From: Mobula hypostoma
Taxonomy: Eukaryota
DNA length: 64,000 nucleotides
NCBI RefSeq assembly: GCF_963921235.1
Contig: NC_086097.1
Span: forward strand, 242,112,001 to 242,176,000
Reading direction: 5' to 3'
Positions 13,347-25,439 of this stretch are shown piece after piece. The notes under the pieces are model-generated. The model saw nothing but the letters and a program-made list of their open reading frames with translations. It had not been told where the DNA came from and ran no database searches. Made by a program: the position numbers and the translations under genes. How positions within the stretch are numbered: position 1 is the first letter of the stretch; each line of letters begins with the position of its first letter.

Positions 13347-13605
13347 TGGCACAATAGCGTAGTGGTTAGCACAACTCTTTACAGTACAGGTGACCCAGGT
13401 TCAATTCCCACCACTGCCTGTAAAGAGTTTATAGTTCTCCCAGTGACTGTGTGTGTTTCCTCCAGGTGCTCCAGTTTCCTCCCACAGTCCAAAGATGTAC
13501 TGGTTGGTCAGTTAATTGGTGATTGGGACTTATCCATGATTAGACTAGGATTAAACGAGGGGTTACTGGGCAGCACAGCTCAAAAGGCTGCATATCTAAA
13601 CAAAT
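13347..13605 (+). mobile_element. HE1-like V-SINE (tRNA-derived head). Further copies near 11930(-), 19270(-), 29684(+), 30770(-), 31100(-), 38670(-), 43520(-), 44520(+), 51507(+), 51870(+), 58915(+)
   Basis: A-box TAGCGTAGTGG, B-box GGTTCAATTCC, and conserved V-domain TTCTCCCNGTGACTGYGTGGGTTTCCTCCRGGTGCTCCRGTTTCCTCCCACA. Confidence 0.8.
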
Positions 13606-13649
13606 AAATTCCAGGAGATCAGTAGTTTCTGAGATACTAAAAAAAACCG

Positions 13650-14900
13650 TTAAGACTATAACACATAGGAGCAGAATTAGGCCATTCAGCCCATCGAGTC
13701 TGCTCTGCCATTTCACCATGGTTGATCCCAGATCCCACTCAACCCCATACACCTGCCTTCTCACCATATCCTTTGATGTCCTGACCAGGAAACGATTAAC
13801 TTCCGCCTTGAATATTCCCATGGACTTGGTCTCCACTGCAGTCTGTGGCAGAGTATTCCAGATTTACTACTTTCTGGGTGAAAAAATTCCTCCTTACCTC
13901 TGTTCTAAAGGGTCACCCCTCAGTTTTGAGGCTGTTCCCTCTAGTTCTGGATACCCCGACCACAGGAAACATCCTCTCCACATCCACCCTATCTAGTCCT
14001 TTCAACATTCGGTAGGTTTCGATGAGATCCCCATCCATTCTTCTACATTCCTGTGAATACAGGCGCAAAGCTGCCAAAATGCTCCTCATATGTTAACCCC
14101 TTCACACCTGGAATCATCCTTGTGAACCTCCTCGGGAATCTCTCCAATGACAACACATCCTTTCTGAGATATGAGGCCCAAAACTGTCTTATAAAGGCTC
14201 AGCATTATTTCCTTGCTTTTATATTCTACTCCCCTTGAAATAAATACCAACATTGCATTTTCCTTCTTTACCACAGACTCAATCTGTAAATTACTCTTCC
14301 GCGACTCTTGCACGAGAACTCCTTAGTCCCTCTGCACCTCTGATGTTTGAACCTTCTCCCCATTTAGATAATAGTCCGCACTATTGTTCCTTTTACCAGA
14401 ATGCATTACCATACATTTCCAACACTGCATTCTATATGCAACCATTTTGCTTATTCTTCCAATTTGTCTAAGTCCTGCTGCAATTGCATTGTTTCCTCAG
14501 CACTACCTACCCCTCCACCTATCTTCATATCATTCGCAAACTTTGCCACAAAGCCATTAATTCCACTATCTAAATAATTGACAAACAATGTGAAGAGTAG
14601 CGGTCCCAATTCTGACCTCTGAGGAACACCACTAGTCACCAGCAGCCAACCAGAAAAAGTCCCTTTTATTCCCACTCATTGCCTCCTGTCTGTCAGCCAT
14701 TCATCTATCTATGCCAGTATCTTTCCTGTAATGCCATAGGATCTTAACTTGTTAAGCAGACTCATGTGTGGCACCTTATCAAACACCTTCCGAAAATCCA
14801 AGCAAATAACATCCACTGCCTCTCCTTTCTTCACCCCACTTGTTACTTCCTTGAAGAACTCCAACAGATTTGTCAGGCAACTCTTTCCTTTACAGAAATC
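13650..14900 (-). mobile_element. Decayed CR1 ORF2 (RT to 3' end)
   Basis: KSCLTNLLEFF, DFRKVFDKVPH, VTSGVPQ and FANDMKIGG motifs. Confidence 0.85.
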
Positions 14901-15727
14901 TGGCACCAACAATCATTCCACGGTCAAAGTCATTTAAATCATATTTCTTCCTCATTCTGATGTTTGGGGTGAATGACAACTGAACTAAACGCATGCTTTT
15001 ATGCATCGAGTTGCTGCCACGATTGGCTGATTAGATATTTGCATTAATCTGCAGTTGCACAGCTGTACCTAATAAAGTGGTTTACAAATGAGTGTAGATT
15101 AACAATATTTGACCGTGTGTAAATTGACACTGTAGCTAAAGCGGTGTCACTGGCATCTGCTGGGAAACCAGAGCGATTATAACCATTTGTGCTGAAGTTT
15201 ATTTCATTGATAAATGGGATGTTTTTACAACCCCGTAGTAGTAGTGCGATCACACCTGTCATCTACGCTGTTAAGGGTCTTGCTCTTAGCATTTTACTGT
15301 CTCTTTACATTTGACCTACCGAGGTGCAACATTTGGCCAGGTTAAACTCCATCTGCCATTTCTCTGCCTATATTTGCAACTGGTCTCTACCCCACTGTAT
15401 TCTTTGCCATTCTTCTACACCATCCACAACACCACTGATCTTTGTATCATCTGCAAACTCACTAACCCACCCACCTACAGTTTCATCCAAGTCATTTATA
15501 TACATCACAAACAGCAGAGTCCTGGTACAGATCCCTGCAGCGCCCTACTAATTACAGACCTCCAGCTAGAAAAAGCCCACAAACCACTACCTTTCTGTGG
15601 GAAAGCCATTTCTGCGTCCAAGTGGCCAATTCATGATGGATCCTATGCATTTTAATCTTCTGGATGAGCCTCCCATGTGAGACCTTGTCAAATACTTACT
15701 AAAATCCATGCAGACAACATCTACAGT

Positions 15728-15933
15728 CAATGTTCCCTCTAATTTTGTTTACAGATGTGTGGACCAACCACTGGTCTGAGCAGGAAACTCTTACATGGCT
15801 TAAAAACAGCACAGTGTTTTAATACAACATTATATAAATGAAAATTCCAGCTGTGCAGCAACAAAGGTGAAATGTGTGGCAGCATCTCAGTTACTGCGCG
15901 GCCGCACACCCGCGAATCTGAGGAGGAACAGTG
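15728..15933. mobile_element. hAT-type MITE
   Basis: TIRs CAATGTTCCCTCTA and GAGGAGGAACAGTG; degenerate 8-bp TSD TCTACAGT/TCCGCAGC. Confidence 0.6.
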
Positions 15934-17030
15934 TCCGCAGCTCTACCTTCATCAATCACCCTCATCATCTCGTCAAAAAACCCATTCAAGTTGGTAAGAT
16001 ATGATCTACCCACACAAAACCATGCTGGCTCTCCCTAATTAGGCCATGGCTTCCCAAATGCTCTTCCCTACCACTGGCGTGAGACTCTCCGGTCTATAGT
16101 TTCCAGGATTATTCTTGGTTCCCTCTCTGAATAATGGAAGAACATTAGCTACTGGCCTCTGAGACCTCCCCTGTGGGTAGAGAGGACACGAAAATATTGG
16201 TCAAGGACCCAGCAATCTCTTATCTTGCCTCTCTCAATAACCTGTGGTATATCCCACCAGGACCTGGGGATTTATCCACCTTAATCCCCTTTTAAAAGAT
16301 ACAGCACTACCTCCATCTTGTAAATTGAAGTGCTCGGCACTGATCTCCCAATCCTCTATATCCTTTTCCTTGCTAAAGACTGATGTAAAGAACTCATTAA
16401 ACACCTCAGCCACATCCTTCACATACAAACAAATGTTCACCCTTCAATCGTTGAGTGATCCTCCCTTCTCCATAGTTATCCTCTTGCTCCTGATGTATGT
16501 CTAGAATGCCTTGGGAGTCTCTTTAATCCTACTTGTCAAAGACTTTTAATGGCCCCTCCTGGCTTTCCTGATTCCCTTCTTGTGTTCTTTTCTTGCTTCT
16601 TTATAATCCAAAAAGGGCTCTGTTTGGTTCTAGCTTTCAAAGCTTTACGTACTTTTCCTTTTTCTTCTTGTTAAATTCATCACCTCTGTGGACACCCATG
16701 GTCCTCTTACCTTGCCACCCTTGTCCTTCCTTCTGACTGGAACATACCTGTCTTGTACTCTGTGCGGTTGGTCTTTAAACACTCTCCACATGGACTTGCC
16801 CAAAAAACAGCTGGTCCCAATGATCTTATCCAAGTTCCTGCCTAATGCTCTCGTATTTTTCCCTCCTTCAATTTAATACTCTCCTACAAGGTCTGTACTT
16901 ATCTTTATCTGTAGCCATCTTAAAACTTTAGGAGGTGTGGTCACTGTTCCCTAACAGTCACCTGGCCAGACTCATTACCCAACACCTGGTCCAGTCCTCC
17001 TGGATGCATCTAAGAAATTCTGGCCTCTCT

Positions 17031-17897
17031 TGTTACATACCTCATGGATATCTTGTGACTGTCTTATGAGGATGACGTAATGGTCTTTTGGAGGTCAGCT
17101 GATGTAATTTTCCTGCCGATATGAGGTCACATGATGACTTGTTCTCACCAGGTATATAAGTGTGGACCCCTGATGACGCAGTTAGTTTTCCAGTTGGAAC
17201 GTTAGCCAGAGACTCTGCTCTGCTGCATATTTGCCTTATGACGCAGTTTTGATTTTAAACCGGAGTTTTACGTTCTATTGTAAGGTACAAAAGTGCTGGA
17301 CCAGCAGTTTAACCAATTTCTGCCAGGTTTGTTGATGTATCTTTTCAGTAGTATTGGAGAGTAAAGACGGGAACCTGAAGGAGTCGTTCGACGGTTGAAA
17401 GGATCGACCATTATTGAATTCATTCAAGAAAGAGTGATCTGCATGAGATAACCTCTGCTAAAAGCAGCAGAAGGGTTGTGCAGTATCTAGTTTATTCTAT
17501 AGAGGAAAAGGTCAGTGCCTTTAAACCATTTTATTTCCGTCATTGTGATTCCTGCGGACAAGGCAGGATCCGGTGGGGACTGGCGTGACGTCGTGTCTTC
17601 GAGGAATTCTTTACTTCAGGAAAGTCTCTCCCAATTGACCGTATAAATCTCTTGGACTTTCGAATTTACCATTCTAAGAACTGTTTGAATTTACCGCTTT
17701 AAGAACTGTTTTCGCATGTATCGCTTTAAGAACTAGTACTGAGTGGTGGTTTGTTAAATGGCCGCATAGCAGTTTACTTCCGGTTAAGATTTTCGTTTGT
17801 TTTTTTTTATATTGAGCAGAGTTGAATAAATGTTTGATCGTTTTTATAAAACCTGACACAATTCAATTCTATATTCATTGTTGCCGGTAACCTGACA
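17031..17897 (+). mobile_element. Solo LTR, same family as 6990-8649
   Basis: TGTTAC...TGACA ends, 4-bp TSD CTCT on both sides, TATA (GGTATATAAG) and AATAAA present. Confidence 0.9.
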
Positions 17898-17927
17898 CTC
17901 TAAACCTCTTGCACTCAGAAAGTCCCA

Positions 17928-18552
17928 GATTAGATTATGAAGACACGTAGTCCTCTTTTAATGTCATTTAGTAATGCATGCATTAAGAAATGATACAACA
18001 TTTCCTCCAGTGTGATATCACAAAACACAGGACAGACCAAGACTGAAAAAACTGACAAAACCACATAATTATAACATATAGTTACAACAGTGCAACAATA
18101 CCATAACTTGATGAAGAAATCCATGAGAACAGTAAAGTTCAAAGTCTCTCAAAAGTCCCACATCTCACACAGACGGGAGAAGGAAGAAAAACTCTCCCTG
18201 TCATGCTGACCACAATCCGACTCTGAGCCATCTGAAAACTTCGAGCTCTGATCAGCTCTCCGACATCGAGTACTGAGCGCCATCGCTGTCCGATCAATTC
18301 GACCTCAACTTCGGTCGCCAACAGCAGGCAAAGCTGGGGATTTTGAGGTCTACCCTCTGAAAGCTTCCCGACCACGCAGTAACGACAGCAGCGAACGAGC
18401 GTTTCAGCAATTTCTCCAGATGTTCCTCTGTGCTTTCACGTCCATTCTCCATCAAATCAGAATTGTCCACGGCCCCTATTTAACAGATACGATATCATTT
18501 TTCACCGGAGGGCTGGGCACGCGCGCGGTGTGCTACTCTCTCTCCTCCTGCC
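17928..18552 (-). mobile_element. About 625-bp non-coding retroposon, copy 2
   Basis: Aligns along its length with 10798-11462. Confidence 0.7.
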
Positions 18553-20929
18553 TTACTTGAATTATATTAGGGAAGTTGAAGTTCCCCATGACAAAAGCCC
18601 CACTGTTTTTACACCTTTCCTTAATCTACCTGCAGATCTGCTCCTCAATGTCCCAGTGGCTGTGGGGAGGGGTGGGTCTGTAGCATAATCTCGTCAGAGT
18701 GATTGCTCCCTTTCTATTTATGAGTTCTACTCATATAGACTCCACTACGTCCCCTCTGAGTGCAGCTCTGATATTGTCCCTGATTGGTAGTGCAACCCCA
18801 CCCCCCTTGAAGCTAATGATTAGATAAGTTGTTTTACACTGATGAGAGAATGCAACTTTGCCACGTGATCACTTTTCTCTCAGAGACAGAGAGCAGAGGC
18901 CATGACCTAATATTAACATCAGCTTCTAGCCCGCCCCACGCAAACAAGGCAGTCAAGACAATGTCAGATAGGAAGGATGATGAAGGGCTGTGAGGTGATG
19001 ATAAAGATTTATTTATGAAAACCATGTTCTCAGCGATTAACTGGATGTTGTCAACCCACACCCGTTCCTCAACCACACTTTATTTTACTTGGGCAGATAA
19101 AGAACAGCACAGCCCCTGTCTCCTACACTGCACTGAAGTTTGAACAAAAAAAAACTACGTTATATACAGAAACAGACCAATTGTGTACAAATATGATCCA
19201 ATAGAAATATTTTGTAACTCTGAATCCCACCATTTGCATATTCAAGTACATATCATAATGCAAATTTATTTATTTAGTATTTATTTAATGAAATACTGTG
19301 CAGAATAGGCCAGTCTGACTCTCTGAACCCAAGAATCACCCGATTTAATCCTAGCCTAATAAAGGGACAATTTACAGTGAGGAAGTAACCTACCAAACAG
19401 TACGCCTTTGGACCATGGGAGAAAACTGGGGCTTTGGAAGAAACCAACACAGTCATAGGAAGAACGTACAAACTCCTTACAGGTAGTGGCTGGGATTGAA
19501 CCCAGGTTGCTGGTATTGTAAAGCATCGTGCAAACCACTAGGCTGCCGTGCTGCCCCAGTGTTAATCCATGACATCATGAGGCAAATGCAAGCTGGAGAT
19601 GAACAAAAGCCACATCCACGTTTGAGGATGATTCTCAGTTCTGTCTCTTGATTGGCAGTAGCCAAGGTTTTTGATCTTGGTCCTATTATGCAGCTGTTGG
19701 CTTCATTCCCTGCATTTCTCTTGATGTTAGCACAGTGAAGCTCATATCTACTGTACCTCTAGATCAGTGGTTCCCAAAGTGGGTAATATCATGCCCCCAA
19801 CCCCGGACGATAGGACTTTCTGAGGGGGTGATAAAGATAAATGGGGGTGGGGGGGCTTGGTAGCAAGTGGGGCATCTGAAGGATCACAGGCTTAATTTAA
19901 GAAGTGAATTACTTATTATAAGCTTTTAATCCTCAGTGGCTCAAAATTGATTACAATGATCGCATAATCACCTCATCTGCTGCTAACCTGCTGTTCTCTC
20001 AGATTTTGCTTGAAGCACAATATAGTTGTGTTGAAAAAAAAGTGACACTTTAGTATTTGGCATATCATGAGAAATCTGAACTGAAGAAATTATTTTACAG
20101 TATTTCTGGGCCCAACCTGCACCATTATCACTGTCCACTGCTGTAGTACAGTGTAGTACGATTCCCATACTCTAGTCCTGCGAATTAGGGTGTGGCATTC
20201 AATGCAGTAAAGTTCAGAATCTGTCCTTTTGAATGGTCTTGACTGCATTTCTCTAGCCCATGGCCAAACCCAGATATCGCTGCCCCACCTTAAGTCTCTT
20301 CAGGCAGAGAGTCAGGTTTTGCCTGAGCTGTTATACAACATAACTTTCCCCTTTATTGATCGCAGTGCTTGAGGTTGGACTTAAGCAGCAGGTGATTGAT
20401 GGGGTGGTCGTTAATCCATAACAAGAATAGCAGAAGCAGAGCAAATTAAAAAGAAGTGCAGACAGTATTATGTGGAGTATTTGAAATATGGACTTTACCA
20501 TCACCAAACAACCAACAGCAGCCAATGTATCTGTTGCGTGGAAAGGTTTCTTTTTCAAGTGAGGCAACAAAACCATCTAGGTCCCTTGAACATTTGAAGA
20601 GCAAACAAAATAAAGCAAACAAAAAATTGGCATATTTTCAGTCACTTTCTGAGAAGCTTCAGAAACAGAAAACACCTCAAAACATGTTTGCCAGCACTTC
20701 ACAACAGAATAGTGATGGTTTGCATGCTTCATACAACATTTCATTGCTCTGTGCTAAATCTGGAAACCTCCATACAATTGCAGAAGCACTGGTTCTGCCA
20801 GCAGTAAGGGAGGTTCTGAGTATGGTTTTGCATAAGTTACCAGACCAAATAATTAAAGCAATTCTGCTCAGTGACAACTCTGTTCAAAGACGAATAGATG
20901 AAATATCTGCAAATGTGAAAGACACATTG

Positions 20930-21980
20930 TGCATCATTGCAACCAGAAAAGAGAATATATTAGACCTGGGTTTATACCAATGTTCACGGAGCCTTCAAAG
21001 CTATCCCCCATCCATCGCCTTGAATACTCAGGCCACACATCCATTCTGCTAATCCCTGCATAAACGAGTCAAACCAGTTCACAGGGAGATCAGGACCTGG
21101 TGTCAGCACAGCGCTGCAGGACAGTTTCAAAAGCATGTACAGGGAGGTGGCTACCGATGATCATCAAGTCAATATTGATGAATATGCAGGATTGGTGATT
21201 GGCCACATAGGAAAATGTATTGAGGACATTACTGTCATTACTGCCAGGCAAATCAGAAATCATGGGCTGAATGCCGAGGTTCAGGCACTGCTTGGGGATC
21301 GGCAGTCAGATCAGGAGATAGGATGACTGCAAGGTCAGCCGGAACCACTCTCCTCCATGCCATCTGTATGAGATGCTCCCAAACACGCCAGCGTCCGAGA
21401 TTTAAATGCTCTAACTCTACGGAGTACGGATAGCTGGCGCAGCCTCTTTAAGGGCTTGGGACGTTCACGTTAATTGACAATCACGTTTTGGGTGCCAATA
21501 ATTTACGGAACACTTGAGTATAGTTTCAGTGCTCAGTCGTAAGCCCACCAGTGATTTCGTCTAGTGTTTGTTTTGTGTTCAGTTTCTTGATCCGATTTGA
21601 GACCGCGTCTCGATCCTAGTCTCGGATGCAGCATTTGGGTCCATACCATCCACGTCAAGGGCTCTCGTCACACCTTCGGGAAGGTAATGCATGAGTACAC
21701 ACAGGGATACGCAGCACATGTGGTAAGGTATACAAACCATAACCGATTACCAGCCTGCCCTGAGCATCAACGACGGCAATGTCTCCCTTCCTGATACACC
21801 GAATGCTTTCTATGCATGATTTCACTCATCGAGGAAAGCCCCCTCTCTCCCTGAGGAACAGGCATCCTGTCTGGCCACAGTTAAGGTGAAGAGAATCTTA
21901 GCCAGGGTAAACCCACACAAAGCTTTGGGGCTGGACAACATAGCTGGTTAGGGCTGAAGGACTGAGCAGCCCAGCTAACA
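20930..21980 (+). mobile_element. Decayed Rex1-like LINE, APE C-terminus and linker
   Basis: TRKENILDL, IGKCIEDITV and RVNPHKALGLDNI motifs. Confidence 0.7.
21365..21672. mobile_element. Short (308 bp) putative solo LTR
   Basis: TGT...ACA ends; 5-bp flanks CCATC/CCTTC; host Rex1 sequence resumes across it. Confidence 0.6.
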
Positions 21981-22765
21981 AAGTTCAAAATAAACTTATT
22001 ATCAAAGTACTTATGACACCATATACAATCTTGATATTCATTTTCTGGTGGGCATAATCAATAATTCCATAATAGAATAATCACCATAACAGAATCAATG
22101 TAAGACCACACCAACTTGGGCGTTCAACCCGTGAGCAACAGATAAACTGCAAATACAAAAAGAAAAAAATAGTAATAATGAATAAATAAGCAATAAATAT
22201 CGAGAATAGGAGATGAAAAGTTCTTGAATGTGAGAACATTTCAATCAAGGGGCAAGTGAAGTTGAGTGAAGCTGTCTCTTCTGTTCAAGAGCCTAATGGT
22301 TGAGAGGTAATAACTGTTCCTGAACCTGCTAGTGTGAGTCCTGAGGTTCCTGTACCTTTTTCCTGATGGCAGCAATGAGAAGAGAGCATGTCCTGGGTGG
22401 AGGGGGTCCCTGGTGATGGATGCTGCTTTCTTGCGACAATATGTCATGTAGATTGCTCAATGGAGGGGAGGGTTTTACCCATGATAGACTGAGCCGTGTC
22501 CACTACCTTTTGTAGGATTTTCTGTTCAAGGGGATTGGTGTTTCCATACTAGGCTGTGATGTAGCCAGTCAATAGATTCTCCATTTCACATCTATAGAAG
22601 TTTGTCAGTTTTAGATGTCATGCTAAATCTTCGCAAACTCCTAAGGAAGAAAAAATGTTGCTGTGCTTTCTTCATAATGGCACTTGTGATCTGGACCCAG
22701 GACCAATAACCTTCTGATCAGGACTGGCTCATGGACCTTTGGTTTCCTCCTCCTGAAGTCAATAA

Positions 22766-23720
22766 TTAGATCCTTGGACTTGGAAACATCTTCTCCATGT
22801 ACACCTTATCTAGTCCTTCCAGCATTCGATAGGTTTCAATGAGATCCCCCAGTATTCTTCTAAATTCCAGTGAGTACAGGCCCAAGACCGCCAAATGCTT
22901 CTCATATGTTAACCCCTTCATTCCCAGACTCATCCTCGTGAATCTCCTCTGGATTCTCTCCAATGACAACACATCTTTTCCGAGATATGGGGCCTTAAAC
23001 TGTTGGCAATACTCCAAGTGCAGCCTGATTAATTTCTTACAAAGGCTCAGCATTATCTCCTTGTTTTTATATTTTAATCTCCTTGAAATAAATGCTAACA
23101 ATGCATTTGCCATCTTCACCGCAGGCTGAACCTGTAAGTTAACCTTCTGGGAGCTTTGCCTAAGGACTTCTAAGTCCCTCTGCATCTCTGATGTTAGAAT
23201 TTTCTCCCCATTTAGATAATTACAGTATTGTTCCTTTTACCAAAATGCATTATCATACATGTTTCCCCGCACTGGCTTCCACCTGCCACTTCTTTTGCCC
23301 ATTCTTCCAATTTGTCTAAGTCCTGCTGCAATCGCATTGCTTCCCCAGGACTACCTAGCCCTCCACCTATCTTCATATCATCCACAAACTTTGCCACAAA
23401 GCCATCAATTCCATTATCCAAACAATGTAAAAAGCAGCAGTCCCGGTACTGACCCCTGAGGAACACCACTGATCACTGGCAGCCAACCAGAAAAGGTCTG
23501 TTTCATTTCCTCTCGCTGCCTCCTGCCTGCCTGCCATTCCTTTATCCATGTCAGTATTTTTTTCTAATGCCAGAGGATTTTATCTTGTTAAGCAGCCTTC
23601 TGAAAATCCAAGTAAATTACATCCACTGCCTCTCCTTTGTCCGCTCTGCCTGATGAACTCTAATAGATTTGTCAGCCACGATTTCCCTTCACAGAAGCCA
23701 CACTGAATTTCACTTATTTT
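22766..23720 (-). mobile_element. Decayed CR1 ORF2 fragment
   Basis: FVDDMKIGG and LIRLHLEYCQQF motifs. Confidence 0.8.
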
Positions 23721-24389
23721 GACATTGTTTATTTGTCAGCCTAAAATTGCAAGGAGATGATGTGAATCTAATCAAAGTTAACTCAGTCATCTCCACATTT
23801 CTGTCCAAGTTAATCATATTTAAGTGCTAGACTGGCTGTCCTGATCTTTTCCAGTTTCTGTGCCTCTCTGAGCTGGAAGAGAAGGAAAGAATACCAGATG
23901 ATGATCTTCAAGTTTACCATGCAAACCGGGCTGAGCTGCATAAAGACATGGCAGAGAGATTTCAGGATTTTCTCTTGATCCAAGTTCCAGACTGGGTAAT
24001 AAATCCATTCCTGAACACTTGTAATGAGGAATTGAAGAACTGATCTCACTACAAAGTGACTTTGAGCTGAAGCCGAGGTTCAAAAAAATCATGTCGTCTT
24101 TTGGTTGCAAAAAGGAATCTCTGAATGCTATCTTGCACTGTGGGAAAAGGTCATGATGTTTTTTATTGCCTTTTCAACATCATATTTAATGGAGCGTGGT
24201 TTCAGTGCAGTCACCCAGCTCTTTCAAAGCAATGAAATAGACTACAAATGACTGAACATGGGGATCTGACTCTCCTTCTCAATGACAATCAGCCTGACGT
24301 TGAGAAGCTGGTATCACTGTACCAAGCCCATCCATCTCATTGAAAGGTGAAAATGCAATGAAATGATGAATAGTTGGACTACTAATCAC

Positions 24390-24795
24390 TTACCGCCTGT
24401 GTCTGGCATTTAGAGCAGCAATGAAGGTCCTCCATCTCTGGCGATGTTCAGGGCTTCCTTCATCATGTCAGAAATCTTCTCCTGGTTTTCACTACTGTCA
24501 GTCATGCAAGTCCTGGGTGGAGACTCAAGAAAACTGTCACACTGAGAGGTAGAATGTATCTTCATTGTTTCCGTAGCAATTTTGTTCTACCAGTCAGGGT
24601 TGCTAGCCCTGAGCGGGACCCCTGAACCTGGAGGACCAGTGGACCACTTAGTCTGGCCTCTACCCTTTGATCTATTTGACATCGGTGGCCCTATCAAGAG
24701 CCAAAGCATAAAGCCCTGACTCCAACCGACATAGCTCTGGATCATTGAGGCACGCAAGCCTCCAAACCCAACAACAAGGTTATAGTCCTCTTGGA
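24390..24795. mobile_element. Dispersed repeat resembling an RTE-type LINE 5' region; related copies at about 31700-32100 and 60340-60570
   Basis: Near-identical blocks GGTGGAGACTCA...TCTGGCCTCTACCCTTTGA...AAAGCATAAAGCCCTGACTCC; family assignment is tentative. Confidence 0.5.
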
Positions 24796-24799
24796 GATG

Positions 24800-25300
24800 G
24801 ACTACTCTGCCAAGCAGAGTCCACTGCCAAGAAGGCCCACCAGCGCCTTTACTTACTGAGAAAGCTAAAGAAATTCGGCCTGTCCCCTAAAACCCTCACT
24901 AATTTTTATAAATGCACCATAGAAAGCATTCTTCTAGGGTGCATCACAACCTGGTATGGAAGCTGTCCTGTCCAAGAATGGAAGTGGCTGCAGAAGATCG
25001 TGAGCACAGCCCAGCACATCACACAAACCAATCTTCCGTCCTTGGACTCACTTTACACCGCACGCTGTCGGAGCAGTGCTGCCAGGATAATCAAGAACAC
25101 GACCCACCCAGCCAACACAATTTTCATCCCTCTTCCCTCCGGGAGAAGGCTCAGGAACTTGAAGACTCATACGGCCAGATTTGGGAACAGCTTCTTCTCA
25201 ACTGTGATAAGACTGCTGAATGGATCCTGACCCGGATCTGGGCCGTACCCTCCAAATATCCGGACCTACCTCTTGGTTTTTTTGCACCTTCTTTATAAAT
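24800..25300 (+). mobile_element. Rex1 3' end
   Basis: KKAHQRLYLLRKLKKF...FYKCTIESILLGCITTWYG...NSFFSTVIRLLN. Confidence 0.85.
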
Positions 25301-25439
25301 TTTATGTAATGGCCAGAAAGGGAGAGGAAGGCACTCGGATGTGGTCTGGGAACCAATGGGACAGCAATCCAATAGGTTTGGGAACCACTGCTCTAGATGG
25401 ACAATAACCCCTTTGCTATTCCGGGACCTATATAAATTT

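Larger units (their letters stand above)
12998..15094. mobile_element. Tc1-like non-autonomous element carrying a nested SINE and CR1
   Basis: Degenerate TIRs CACCCAGTGGCCACTTTAGTCAGTACC and GTACCTAATAAAGTGG...GAGTG followed by TA; another TIR copy near 32553. Confidence 0.6.
15265..18790 (-). mobile_element. Old CR1 ORF2, interrupted by a MITE, a solo LTR and the 670-bp retroposon
   Basis: Collinear decayed APE, linker and RT pieces (e.g. VAEVFNEFFTSVFSKE). Confidence 0.75.
19765..25390 (+). mobile_element. hAT Charlie/Buster-type DNA transposon with nested insertions
   Basis: 14-bp TIRs CAGTGGTTCCCAAA / TTTGGGAACCACTG; identical 8-bp flanks CTCTAGAT; transposase N-part ASYNISLLCAKSGNLHTIAEALVLPA...LSDNSVQRRIDE (20456-20930) and C-part DWVINPF...FSTSYLMERGFSAV...QAHPSH (about 23700-24345). 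Confidence 0.85.

Noticed and set aside
13347..13420. tRNA genes
   Set aside because: A/B boxes belong to SINE heads followed by the V-domain; no complete cloverleaf.
6990..17897. One full-length 11-kb LTR element between two similar LTRs
   Set aside because: The second LTR has its own CTCT TSD inside a CR1, and no gag/pol lies between them.
20456..21052. Domesticated ZBED5/SCAND3-like gene
   Set aside because: Frameshifted, truncated by a LINE, and enclosed by TIRs: a decayed transposon.
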